DNA of 64,000 nt from Pedobacter sp. (lineage in GTDB: Bacteria > Desulfobacterota > Desulfuromonadia > Desulfuromonadales > Syntrophotaleaceae), in contig JBFWJC010000006.1 in the NCBI GenBank assembly GCA_050253415.1, forward strand, positions 32,001-96,000, given 5' to 3'. Each line of letters opens with the position of its first letter. The stretch's first letter is position 1. Made by a program: the position numbers and the translations under genes. Shown piece after piece: positions 18,618-27,671 of this stretch. The notes beneath the pieces were generated by a model. That model saw only the letters and a list, made by a program, of their open reading frames with translations, was not told where the DNA came from and did not search any database.

Positions 18618-20924
18618 TTATTCCATCTCAATCGTCAAGGGGGACGCCTCACAGGATCCAGTGTCTCCCTGTCCGGATTCAAGGCTGCAGTCCTGCAATG
18701 AAAATTCAAGGGAACCACTGTTCTTTGCCTTGAACTCAAAAACCGCAATGGTGCCACCTCCCGATACCCCGCTCCTGCCGTCACTTCGACCTACCTCTGC
18801 AACAACAGTATTCAACGCGTCGGACGGCGAGGTTTCGGCAAAACTTTCCTCTGTTTCGGGACCTAAAAGGGTGCCCGGTCTCACTTCAACAAAATCGACC
18901 AACGATGCTGGATAGTTCAAAGCAAGCCGCGCTTTAACAAGGTCCTGCATCCCCGTCGCAGTAATCTGAACAATAAATGCCTGGTCGGCTGTAACCACTT
19001 GCGGCCCTACCAGCCTGAACTGCTGAGGTTTTTCATCCGTCGCAGCGGATTGTCCGGAAGATTGTGCAGTATTTGCGATTTGCTCAAAGGCAGTCCCATT
19101 GTCGATTTGATTGTTCTCTGTAAAAGATGCAAACCGGGCACCGGGAGCCAGGTCCTCTTCGCTACCGGACCATATAGTGGCGACATCGGGGCGGGGCACA
19201 TCAAGGTTGCGTACGATATGAGGCGTAATCGACAACAGTATTTCTCTTTTATTTTTTTCTTTGTTCCGACCGGTAAAAAGTTGCCCGATAATAGGGATGC
19301 TACCGATAAACGGCAGGGTGTTACGGGTATTACTCAGGTCATCGCGAATCAGGCCACCAATGATGGTGCGCTCGCCATCTTTGAGGATCAAGGACGATCC
19401 TGCATTTGTGGTTGATATACGAAGAGCGAACCCTCCGCCGGTGATTTCCTCTTTTTCCAGGATATTACTGACTTCGAGACTTAGGGTGGTGACAACGGTA
19501 TCATCCAGCTGAATATTCGGCTCGACGTCAAGCTTGACCCCGACATCGATATATTGCACGTTGCTAGACGTAACATCCCCGGTGGTCGTACTGATATTGG
19601 TGGTTACAATAGGCTCCCTGGTACCAATGTGAACCTTCGCTTTGGCCCGATTTTTCACCCGGATTTTCGGGCTGGCCAGAATTTCGCTATCCGTAAGCGT
19701 CTTTGCAAAATCAAAGGTCGCTGTAGGCAGCGTATAAAAGGATTCGAGACGGCTAAAACTTCTCACCAGGGTGTCTGTCGATCCACCTGCCGTCAATACA
19801 TCGCTCACCAAATTGGTTACCGTATTTCCATCGCTATCGACGATGGCGCGTCCCATGCCAGCGCTAATAGAATATGTGCTGAGTTTTGGACCCAGATTCA
19901 GCACATCGCGATGGCTGACCTCAACCAGCTCAAGATCAAAAACCACTTCTGAATCATTACGGTCTGCGGCATCCAAAACCTGTCTGGCCAGCTCTATAAC
20001 CTCTGGCTTGTCACGCATGACAATGGCGTTTAGCTCTTCATGCACATAAATTTTCCGCGACTGCAGCATGGTGCGTAACATGTTTACGGCATTTTTCGCT
20101 TCGATGTTGGAAAGATAAAAGACCTGTATGATACGGTCCTCGTATTGTTTTTCCTTTTCCTGGGTTTTCGGATATACAAGAATGGTCTGGGCGTTAAGAA
20201 CCCGTTTACCAAGTCCGTTAAGCTTAAGCAGCAGATCAAGGACCTGTGCAAAAGAGGCCTTTTTCAGCAATAAGGTAACCGGCCGGGGGCTGATTTCCTC
20301 GTCGAGAATAAAATGTATTCCGGAGAGTTGGCTTAATACCGCAAAAGCCTGGCGCAAATCCATATCGGTAAACTGCAGACTTAAAGGCTCACGGGAAGTG
20401 AGCTCCAGTTCATAGCCGTCCATAACAGTCTGGCTTGCCAGTTGAACCTCGAGCAAAAGTTGCTCGGCACCGGGGTGCTTGGGAACAAGTTGCAGCGCTT
20501 TGCCAAGGTTTGCCCGGGCTTGATTGTACCTTCCTTTCAGATAAAATTCATCGGCCTCGGCAATCAGTTGGTCCGCCTGAATAAGATCCTGAACCTTATT
20601 TAACTTCTGCACGGCGGCGGTAAGACTGCCATCGAGGGTAGCCGCCTGTCGATATTCCACGGCGGCCTGGGTCAGATTGCCCTCCCCGGCCAACTTCAAC
20701 CCACGTTCATAGTGCCACACAGCCGAGCGACCACGAGCGTCAAGCCATTTCATACGATATTCCTGTCGCTCCGGATCCTGGGCTATGGCCGAGGCATATT
20801 GCTCCATGGCCAGATCGTATTCGCCCTGCTGGTAATATTGATCCCCGGCATTAAAGGCTTTTTCCCCTGCACAGCCTGCCAGCACCAGGCACATAATACC
20901 AACCCACCAGACAGCCTTATTCAT
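18618..20924 (-). CDS. Secretin (GspD/PilQ family) with lipobox, TPRs and C-terminal cohesin-like domain
   Basis: LAGC lipobox, TPR-like helices, secretin core (LASPKIRV, DGERTIIGGLI, PIIGQLF, ITPHIV), beta-sandwich tail. Confidence 0.9.
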   Translation of the reverse strand: MNKAVWWVGIMCLVLAGCAGEKAFNAGDQYYQQGEYDLAMEQYASAIAQDPERQEYRMKWLDARGRSAVWHYERGLKLAGEGNLTQAAVEYRQAATLDGSLTAAVQKLNKVQDLIQADQLIAEADEFYLKGRYNQARANLGKALQLVPKHPGAEQLLLEVQLASQTVMDGYELELTSREPLSLQFTDMDLRQAFAVLSQLSGIHFILDEEISPRPVTLLLKKASFAQVLDLLLKLNGLGKRVLNAQTILVYPKTQEKEKQYEDRIIQVFYLSNIEAKNAVNMLRTMLQSRKIYVHEELNAIVMRDKPEVIELARQVLDAADRNDSEVVFDLELVEVSHRDVLNLGPKLSTYSISAGMGRAIVDSDGNTVTNLVSDVLTAGGSTDTLVRSFSRLESFYTLPTATFDFAKTLTDSEILASPKIRVKNRAKAKVHIGTREPIVTTNISTTTGDVTSSNVQYIDVGVKLDVEPNIQLDDTVVTTLSLEVSNILEKEEITGGGFALRISTTNAGSSLILKDGERTIIGGLIRDDLSNTRNTLPFIGSIPIIGQLFTGRNKEKNKREILLSITPHIVRNLDVPRPDVATIWSGSEEDLAPGARFASFTENNQIDNGTAFEQIANTAQSSGQSAATDEKPQQFRLVGPQVVTADQAFIVQITATGMQDLVKARLALNYPASLVDFVEVRPGTLLGPETEESFAETSPSDALNTVVAEVGRSDGRSGVSGGGTIAVFEFKAKNSGSLEFSLQDCSLESGQGDTGSCEASPLTIEME

Positions 20925-21588
20925 CGATGACGTTATCAATGGGAACCTCCTTATCCAAACTCCCTGGTTCGATCGGGACATTAATTTCCGTTGGTTCGAC
21001 CGGCTGCATGACTTCCACATAGGAGGCTCCGGAAGACGAAATCAGCGATATTGGTTGTTCCGCAGTCTCTATCTGGAAAGTATCTTTATCTTCCTTATAT
21101 TTTACGATCAGATATTGCGATGCAATTTCAAGCAAACGATAGGTATTGTCCGCACCAAAACTGTCACCAGGACCAACGACATACACTTCTCCCTCTACGG
21201 ATAGAAAAACCTTCTGTCGACCTGCGTGGCGCAATTTACCCAAAAAAACAGGGGTGGGCGTGGGAGGAGGAAGAACAACCGGAGGGAGGGGGGCACTTTC
21301 AGTCTGGGATTCCTGGATCTCGGGCAAAGATGCCTGGGCAGGAAGACTAAAAAGTGGAGAAAAAATATTTCTGTTAACCAGTGTTTCCCTCTCTTCCGGA
21401 ACCTGGTTTTTTGGCAATACCTCGCCTGCGGGGGGTGAAGCATCAGGCTTAACCGAAATACCTGTGGATATACCAGGGGCAGGCACGCTCGCTACGCGGG
21501 TTTGGCGGGGCCAGCTAAAGTAGGCGTACACAAGCGCTACCGCAAGGAGTAGTAAAAAGCCGATTAAAGTTTTAACCGAAGTGTTCAT
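20917..21588 (-). CDS. T2SS/T4P accessory protein (PilP/GspC-like)
   Basis: N-terminal TM, RNIF motif, Pro-rich linker, position upstream of secretin. Confidence 0.6.
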   Translation of the reverse strand: MNTSVKTLIGFLLLLAVALVYAYFSWPRQTRVASVPAPGISTGISVKPDASPPAGEVLPKNQVPEERETLVNRNIFSPLFSLPAQASLPEIQESQTESAPLPPVVLPPPTPTPVFLGKLRHAGRQKVFLSVEGEVYVVGPGDSFGADNTYRLLEIASQYLIVKYKEDKDTFQIETAEQPISLISSSGASYVEVMQPVEPTEINVPIEPGSLDKEVPIDNVIDE

Positions 21589-22139
21589 GATGGCACCGTG
21601 TTGAAATAAGCAGCAAGACGGATACTCAAAACCACTTCATCGCTATCCGGTTTTTGTCCGGAAAGTTTCACCTGTTCCACCACTACCAGCTGTGGCCAGC
21701 CCTCAAGAGCATGAAGGAATTCCTTAATCTGTCCGTATTGCCCGGTCACGGAAAAGTCCAGCTCATATTTGAGTACCGTTCGCAAGTCGGTTTTTTCGGG
21801 CCGATAGGTAATTCGATCGATACTCAACCCGGCATCCCCCGAGTACTGATATAACTGCTGCAAAAACTCAGGAAATTTTTCATACGCAGCAACCTGACCA
21901 TAAAATTTTTCGAGAATAGCCGATGCAGAGGGACGCCCCTGGCTCAATGGGTCGCTCCCGGCCCGACGCTGAATCGCCTGATGTTGAACCAAAAGGGTCT
22001 GATCATTTTCCAGACCAGGTAACATACTTGCAAGTAACACGCTGAATAAAAAGATATTCAAAATCAAACCGACAAGCACCAGTACTGTCCTTACGCGGTT
22101 GGTTCGCCACAGTTCTTCAAAAACACCCTTAAGTACCAT
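21585..22139 (-). CDS. PilO/GspM-like protein
   Basis: Single TM, FSVTGQYGQIKEFLHALE ferredoxin-like motif. Confidence 0.75.
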   Translation of the reverse strand: MVLKGVFEELWRTNRVRTVLVLVGLILNIFLFSVLLASMLPGLENDQTLLVQHQAIQRRAGSDPLSQGRPSASAILEKFYGQVAAYEKFPEFLQQLYQYSGDAGLSIDRITYRPEKTDLRTVLKYELDFSVTGQYGQIKEFLHALEGWPQLVVVEQVKLSGQKPDSDEVVLSIRLAAYFNTVPS

Positions 22140-22140
22140 G

Positions 22141-22683
22141 TCAGAACCCCCCACGGATGCTTATCTCACAGCGTATGACAGAAAAGTTCTGGCCGACGTA
22201 ATCCTTGATATCGACATTTTCTTGCCGCAATAACAAGACCTCGGAAAATGGCTTATATTGCAGTAAGTTACCAAGATATTCCCGAAAAACCGCCCCGTCT
22301 CTTGCCAGCACCTGAATGGAAAGGCTTTGCTTGTCGAAATTGGGTTCGATGGATCGAATCTGTATCCCATCGATACCGGTTTGCTCCAGATGATTCAGGA
22401 TTTGTGACCATTGAAAAGCACGACGTTTTAAAATAATTTCGGCTTTGGCGGACTCCGATTGGAGAGCCCGTTCATCGCCAGTGTTTGTTCGCCCGCTCGA
22501 AACATCAGCCGTAGTTAGCGCGAGCAGCTCACGTACCTTTTGATGCCGCTGCCGAACCATCACCATATACCCCAGTGCGATAATAAGGGAGGTCACCAGC
22601 AATACCAGCATTGCATTGCAAAGTTTTCGCAAGACAACCCCATCCACCGGGCGTTGAGTGACAAGATTGACTGTCAGCTTCAT
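22141..22683 (-). CDS. PilN/GspL-like protein
   Basis: VNL motif, TM, WSQILNHLE. Confidence 0.7.
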   Translation of the reverse strand: MKLTVNLVTQRPVDGVVLRKLCNAMLVLLVTSLIIALGYMVMVRQRHQKVRELLALTTADVSSGRTNTGDERALQSESAKAEIILKRRAFQWSQILNHLEQTGIDGIQIRSIEPNFDKQSLSIQVLARDGAVFREYLGNLLQYKPFSEVLLLRQENVDIKDYVGQNFSVIRCEISIRGGF

Positions 22684-23571
22684 TCAACCTCCCATCATCA
22701 TGCACTCAGCAGCACCAAGGGCCGCTGCAAGCGCAGGGGGACTGCCTGCATGCCCCTCAAGAAGTTGTACCTTCCGGCCAAAGCATTCGTTCAAAGCCTC
22801 TTGAGCACCCGGCTCAACAGGCTTGTCAGCGTGGAGATATGCCTTGAACCTTCCACGCCCTGAAAACTCACGGCCATAACCAGCTACGATTCGATGCAGC
22901 TCCTGCACCTGCCTAGATACTTGGTTGCCCACCGCACGGGCTCTGTAGTATTCCAGGACACCGCCCCGGAACGACTGGACAACAATACCTTCCTGATTCA
23001 GGGATACCAAAATAGCATCCCCTTCCGGGTCAAGACGGTAACGCCAATGTCGATAAACATTCAGCCCGTAAAAGCCTATATGATCAGGAATAAACCCAGA
23101 TTGACTGATTAAATTTTCGTATTCCCCAACAATCTTTTTCTCTGCCGCAATCACTAGCAGTCGCACTGCTCCGCCTGCCGAACGTGTCAATACCTGGTAA
23201 TCGAATTGTATTTCGGATAGACCGGGTAACAATTTTCCGATCTGCCATGCAACAACCTGTTTACCTTCTCCACGCAAGCGAGGAAATCTGTCGATATCAA
23301 GTGTCATTACATAGCCGCAGCGATCCGGCAGAGACAACGCCACCCGCCGTTCTTTGTTGACGATAGGAAGCAAGGCGTCATGCAATGCCGTGACGAGCGC
23401 CTGCCGAGATGCAGGAGATAGTTGCCGGAGATCTTCCGGAATCGGACCACCAGGGATAGAACAAATATGGCTACCGACCAATTGTCCTCCCTTGCGCCAT
23501 CTTCTTCTCAGGGAAACGACCCGGATTTCGTCACTCTGCATATCGATTCCGACATACCGGCGCCATTTCAT
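22684..23571 (-). CDS. PilM-like protein
   Basis: YVGIDM actin-like N-terminus, FDYQVL, AAALGAA C-terminus. Confidence 0.7.
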   Translation of the reverse strand: MKWRRYVGIDMQSDEIRVVSLRRRWRKGGQLVGSHICSIPGGPIPEDLRQLSPASRQALVTALHDALLPIVNKERRVALSLPDRCGYVMTLDIDRFPRLRGEGKQVVAWQIGKLLPGLSEIQFDYQVLTRSAGGAVRLLVIAAEKKIVGEYENLISQSGFIPDHIGFYGLNVYRHWRYRLDPEGDAILVSLNQEGIVVQSFRGGVLEYYRARAVGNQVSRQVQELHRIVAGYGREFSGRGRFKAYLHADKPVEPGAQEALNECFGRKVQLLEGHAGSPPALAAALGAAECMMMGG

Positions 23572-25295
23572 GACGGTATCTCCCCCTCAACGAAAGTTAC
23601 TCTATCGATTTCCGCAAGGCTGGTTATGCCCTCAAATACTTTTTCCAGGGCCGCCTGCCGCAAAAAGACCGTTCCATTGCGAGCAGCAACCTGCCGTAAA
23701 TGTCCAATGGGGGCTCTTTTATCGATCAATTCCCGTAGCTCGTCATTCATTTCAAGCAACTCGATAATCGCCGATCGACCGGAAAATCCAAGCCCATGAC
23801 AATGTGCACAGCCGACCCCTTCATAAAAAGTCTGTTGACCATAACGCTCATAATTAATGCCGGCTTTTTCCAGAACGGTGCGAGAATACCTGACAGGTTT
23901 CTTGCACTCGGGACAGATTTTTCGGACCAGGCGTTGAGCCAGGACCATATTAAGACTGGAGAGAAAGTGGTAAGGATCCAGCCCCATATGCAAGAACCGG
24001 CCAAGCACATCAAATACATTGTTGGCATGTACTGTGGTAAAAACCAGATGCCCCGTAAGAGCCGACTGTACGGCTATCTGGGCGGTCTCGGGATCGCGAA
24101 TCTCCCCAACCATAATCTTATCCGGATCATGCCGCAGTATGGAACGCAACCCCCGCGCAAAGGTCAGACCTTTTTTTTCATTAACAGGAACCTGAACAAT
24201 GCCGGGCACCTGATATTCTACAGGATCTTCGATAGTTATTATCTTTTCCTGTTCTGTATGGATTTCAGCCAGCGCGGCATACAAGGTGGTTGTTTTCCCA
24301 CTTCCTGTAGGACCCGTAACCAATACCATCCCATACGGAGATCTGATCTGCCTGCGAAAACGTTGGATTTCGCGATCATTAAAACCTAAAGACTCCAGAC
24401 TCAATCCTTTGAGGTCCGCGGCAATACTGCTTTTATCCAAAATCCTGATAACGGCATCCTCGCCAAAGCTACTCGGGAGAATAGAGACCCTGAAATCGAT
24501 AGGTCGGCCGCCCATGCGGACTTTGAACCTACCATCCTGGGGAATCCGGCGCTCGGATATATCAAGTTCGCTCATTACTTTAACGCGCGATATAATCGGT
24601 CCCTGAAATCGACTGTCGAGAGGTTCCATGGCTCTCGACAGAACGCCATCGATGCGATACTTGATCAGCACTCCATCAGGGCCTGATTCAATATGAATAT
24701 CACTGGCACGTTTGTTAAGAGCATCGATCAGAGTTGTATCAATCAGTTTGATTACAGGACTGTGCTCAGCCTCTGTTACGTCAGAGACGAGGAGATCTTT
24801 ATCTTCTCTACCTTTTGTAACTGTCTGACTGCGAAACTTTTCGAGGGTACTTTCCAATACCTCCCCTGTCACGGTATGGCTGCCTGTTGTCATTCGCTGA
24901 ATATGGCTCTTTGCTGCAACCTTTAAGAGGATAGGACAACCAACAGCCCATTCGAGTTGATCAAGTCGAATGATGTCCGTAGGGTCAGAGGTGGCAACCA
25001 CCAAACTACCATCGACACGCTGCAAGGGAACGACACCGAAACGAACGGCCAGATCCTCTGGAAGACCGTCTAATGGCTCGGGGAGTCTGCTACCCATATC
25101 GATGTAATCGATGCCGAATTGTCTCGCGAGAGCCTGGGCCAAAACTTCCTCGTCATAGAACCCAAGGTCAATCCCGGTTTCACCGAACCGCAAACCAAGG
25201 GTTTTCATTCGACCAAGAATAATTTCAGTCTGACCAGGAGCAATGGCCCCTGATTCAACGAGCAATTCACCTATTTTTAGCCATCGATATGACAT
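23568..25295 (-). CDS. gspE: T2SS/T4P assembly ATPase (GspE/PilB family)
   Basis: [36 protein letters not shown], tetra-Cys Zn motif. Confidence 0.93.
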   Translation of the reverse strand: MSYRWLKIGELLVESGAIAPGQTEIILGRMKTLGLRFGETGIDLGFYDEEVLAQALARQFGIDYIDMGSRLPEPLDGLPEDLAVRFGVVPLQRVDGSLVVATSDPTDIIRLDQLEWAVGCPILLKVAAKSHIQRMTTGSHTVTGEVLESTLEKFRSQTVTKGREDKDLLVSDVTEAEHSPVIKLIDTTLIDALNKRASDIHIESGPDGVLIKYRIDGVLSRAMEPLDSRFQGPIISRVKVMSELDISERRIPQDGRFKVRMGGRPIDFRVSILPSSFGEDAVIRILDKSSIAADLKGLSLESLGFNDREIQRFRRQIRSPYGMVLVTGPTGSGKTTTLYAALAEIHTEQEKIITIEDPVEYQVPGIVQVPVNEKKGLTFARGLRSILRHDPDKIMVGEIRDPETAQIAVQSALTGHLVFTTVHANNVFDVLGRFLHMGLDPYHFLSSLNMVLAQRLVRKICPECKKPVRYSRTVLEKAGINYERYGQQTFYEGVGCAHCHGLGFSGRSAIIELLEMNDELRELIDKRAPIGHLRQVAARNGTVFLRQAALEKVFEGITSLAEIDRVTFVEGEIPS

Positions 25296-25313
25296 GCGAA
25301 AACTCCCAATGAG

Positions 25314-26522
25314 CTAACGAACGGTGCCGGCCAGTTGGAAGATAGGCAAATAAATAGCTACCACAATCCCACCGATAACCAGCCCTACAAAGAGCAAAAT
25401 AAGTGGCTCGGCAAGACTTGCCAACCTCTCTAGGCGAGTGTCTATATCCGCTTCATAGTATTCCGAAACTTCCTCAAACATTTGAGGTAAAGTACCGGTT
25501 TTTTCGCCAGTGGAAATCATGCGCAAGGCCACGGTGGGAAATAAACGACTGCTGTGCAAGGCATTACCAAGGGTATCACCTTCATTGACTGATGAAACCA
25601 CGTTGGTAATTCCCTGCTGAAGGACAACATTATTGAGAACTCCGCGGGCAAGATTCATGGCTTCTACAAGCGGCAAACCGCTGGCAAGAATGGTTGCGGT
25701 TGTGCGGCAAAAGTTGACCATTCCACTCAATCGGAACAATATGCCAATAATCGGCATATTTATAAGAGCCTTATCCAAAAACCTTCTACCGTTAGGTGTC
25801 GTAAAAAACCTTCGTATTAGCCAAACACTCAGCCCCAGGATGATGAGAATGAAAATCCATCCGCGAGCAACAAAACTTGATAGGCCCAAAACCATACGCG
25901 TAAGCCATGGCAAGGAAACTTGAGCATCAGCATAAATCTGCATAAAACTAGGGATGACGAAAAAAATCATGAACAACAAAACGCCGAAGGTTGCAGCCAA
26001 AAGGAACAGCGGATAGAAAGCTGCCGATTTAAGACGTTCACGAACCCTGGCAAAGCGTTTTTGATAAGCCAGATAACGTAAAATAGTTTGAGGCAAATCG
26101 CCGGTTTTTTCACCCGAGGCAATGGTGGATACATAGAGCTTGGGGAAAAACTGAGGAAAGGCAGAAAAAGCTTCCGATAGAGAAGCACCACCCTGAACCC
26201 CTTCTTTTATTTCCAGAAGGACAGCCTTGGTAGAAGGGGAATCCGTTTCCTGAACAAGAGAATCGAGGATTTCCAAGATGGGCATGCCAGATCTGAGTAA
26301 GGCAAGCAATTCCTGATTGAACAGCAAAAACCGATGCGATGACCAAGACTTTTTGCCACGATCGGAAAAAAAGGAAAGTGAAAAAAGAGCACGTCTAACT
26401 TTAAAAACGCAATACCCCTCCTCTTCCAGACTTTCCTGAAGTTCAAAGCGGTTACGGGCTTTGCAGTATCGTAAAAGAACCCGTCCGTCCGGAGTGCCAA
26501 CTTTACAGACAAATAATGCCAT
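25314..26522 (-). CDS. gspF: T2SS inner membrane platform protein (GspF/PilC family)
   Basis: Two GspF repeats, GEKTG, EPLILL, IYLPIF. Confidence 0.93.
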   Translation of the reverse strand: MALFVCKVGTPDGRVLLRYCKARNRFELQESLEEEGYCVFKVRRALFSLSFFSDRGKKSWSSHRFLLFNQELLALLRSGMPILEILDSLVQETDSPSTKAVLLEIKEGVQGGASLSEAFSAFPQFFPKLYVSTIASGEKTGDLPQTILRYLAYQKRFARVRERLKSAAFYPLFLLAATFGVLLFMIFFVIPSFMQIYADAQVSLPWLTRMVLGLSSFVARGWIFILIILGLSVWLIRRFFTTPNGRRFLDKALINMPIIGILFRLSGMVNFCRTTATILASGLPLVEAMNLARGVLNNVVLQQGITNVVSSVNEGDTLGNALHSSRLFPTVALRMISTGEKTGTLPQMFEEVSEYYEADIDTRLERLASLAEPLILLFVGLVIGGIVVAIYLPIFQLAGTVR

Positions 26523-26575
26523 GGTGATAAAAAGTTTACCACAGGTGGCGAAGTATGAAATATAAGGCCAAAACT

Positions 26576-26609
26576 AAAAAAAAGGCACCGCATATCGCGG
26601 TGCCTTTTT
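26576..26609 (-). terminator. Intrinsic terminator after the tRNA array
   Basis: AAAAAGGCACCGC/GCGGTGCCTTTTT stem with T-tracts on both strands. Confidence 0.85.
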
Positions 26610-26619
26610 AAGGTTTTAA

Positions 26620-26696
26620 TGGCGGGGCTGACGGGACTCGAACCCGCGACCTCCGGCGTGACAGGCCGGCGTTGTAACCGACTCTACTACAGCCCC
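26620..26696 (-). tRNA. tRNA-Asp(GTC), copy 3
   Basis: Cloverleaf, anticodon GTC, GTTCGAG T-loop, encoded CCA. Confidence 0.96.
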
Positions 26697-26735
26697 CGGT
26701 GTTTCTTAGACGCAGGAAGCGCCGTTTAAATTTAA

Positions 26736-26811
26736 TGGTGGGCGAAACAGGGATCGAACCTGTGACCCTCGGCTTGTAAGGCCGATGCTCTCCCAGCTGA
26801 GCTATTCGCCC
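26736..26811 (-). tRNA. tRNA-Val(TAC), copy 2
   Basis: Cloverleaf, anticodon TAC, encoded CCA. Confidence 0.96.
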
Positions 26812-26910
26812 ATTTTTTACAGCATTTTTAAGCGAGAATGAACCCGCCCAGAGTCTTGCTTTCATCAAAAAAGCACCGCATTCATTAGCGATGCCATTCA
26901 TGAAATTCAA

Positions 26911-26987
26911 TGGCGGGGCTGACGGGACTCGAACCCGCGACCTCCGGCGTGACAGGCCGGCGTTGTAACCGACTCTACTACAGCCCC
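26911..26987 (-). tRNA. tRNA-Asp(GTC), copy 2
   Basis: Identical to the other Asp copies. Confidence 0.96.
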
Positions 26988-27026
26988 CGGTGTTTCTTAG
27001 ACGCAGGAAGCGCCGTTTAAATTTAA

Positions 27027-27102
27027 TGGTGGGCGAAACAGGGATCGAACCTGTGACCCTCGGCTTGTAAGGCCGATGCTCTCCCAGCTGAGCTATTCGC
27101 CC
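27027..27102 (-). tRNA. tRNA-Val(TAC), copy 1
   Basis: Identical to the other Val copy. Confidence 0.96.
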
Positions 27103-27110
27103 GATTGATA

Positions 27111-27187
27111 TGGCGGGGCTGACGGGACTCGAACCCGCGACCTCCGGCGTGACAGGCCGGCGTTGTAACCGACTCTACTACAGCCCC
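27111..27187 (-). tRNA. tRNA-Asp(GTC), copy 1
   Basis: Identical to the other Asp copies. Confidence 0.96.
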
Positions 27188-27296
27188 TTTTTGTACATTA
27201 AAAAAGGAAACACTTTATAGTCCGAAAACTTATCTACAGATCCGCGACTAGGGCGTTTCCTCTTTAAATCTTCAATCAGTTTGTGGTCTTCCGTGC

Positions 27297-27569
27297 TTAA
27301 TTAACGGAATCCTTGAGTGCCTTGCCAGGTTTGAACTTAGGCACCTTGGCAGCAGGAATATCCATTTTTTCGCCAGTCTGGGGATTCTGACCTACGCGAG
27401 CAGCACGTTCACCTACACTGAATGTACCGAAACCAACCAGCGCTACTTTTTCGCCAGCTTTCAGAGCTTCAGTGATAACATCAGTAAAAGCCTTAATAGC
27501 TTTTTCAGTATCTGCTTTGCTCATACCGGCTTTTTCAGCCATCGCATTAACAAGATCGGCTTTGGTCAC
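27297..27569 (-). CDS. hup: Histone-like DNA-binding protein HU
   Basis: [26 protein letters not shown]. Confidence 0.96.
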   Translation of the reverse strand: MTKADLVNAMAEKAGMSKADTEKAIKAFTDVITEALKAGEKVALVGFGTFSVGERAARVGQNPQTGEKMDIPAAKVPKFKPGKALKDSVN

Positions 27570-27620
27570 AATATACCTCCACTTTTGATTGAAAGATTTG
27601 GTGCCGCTGAAAGTGCGATA

Positions 27621-27650
27621 CTTATATCAGAACTGGAAAAAGAGTGTCAA
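27621..27650 (-). promoter_or_regulatory. sigma70-type promoter for hup
   Basis: TTGACA-18 bp-TATAAG with TG extension on the minus strand. Confidence 0.6.
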
Positions 27651-27671
27651 GGAATTATTTCAACTTTTTTC

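Larger units (their letters stand above)
26618..27102. repeat. Direct repeat of a Val-spacer-Asp unit (26618-26811 = 26909-27102)
   Basis: 194-bp identical copies, including the 39-nt intergenic spacer, 291 bp apart. Confidence 0.9.

Noticed and set aside
26608..26910. 100-aa ORF across the tRNA array, and the repeated units as a possible CRISPR
   Set aside because: The repeats are tRNA genes; there is no repeat-spacer pattern and no cas genes
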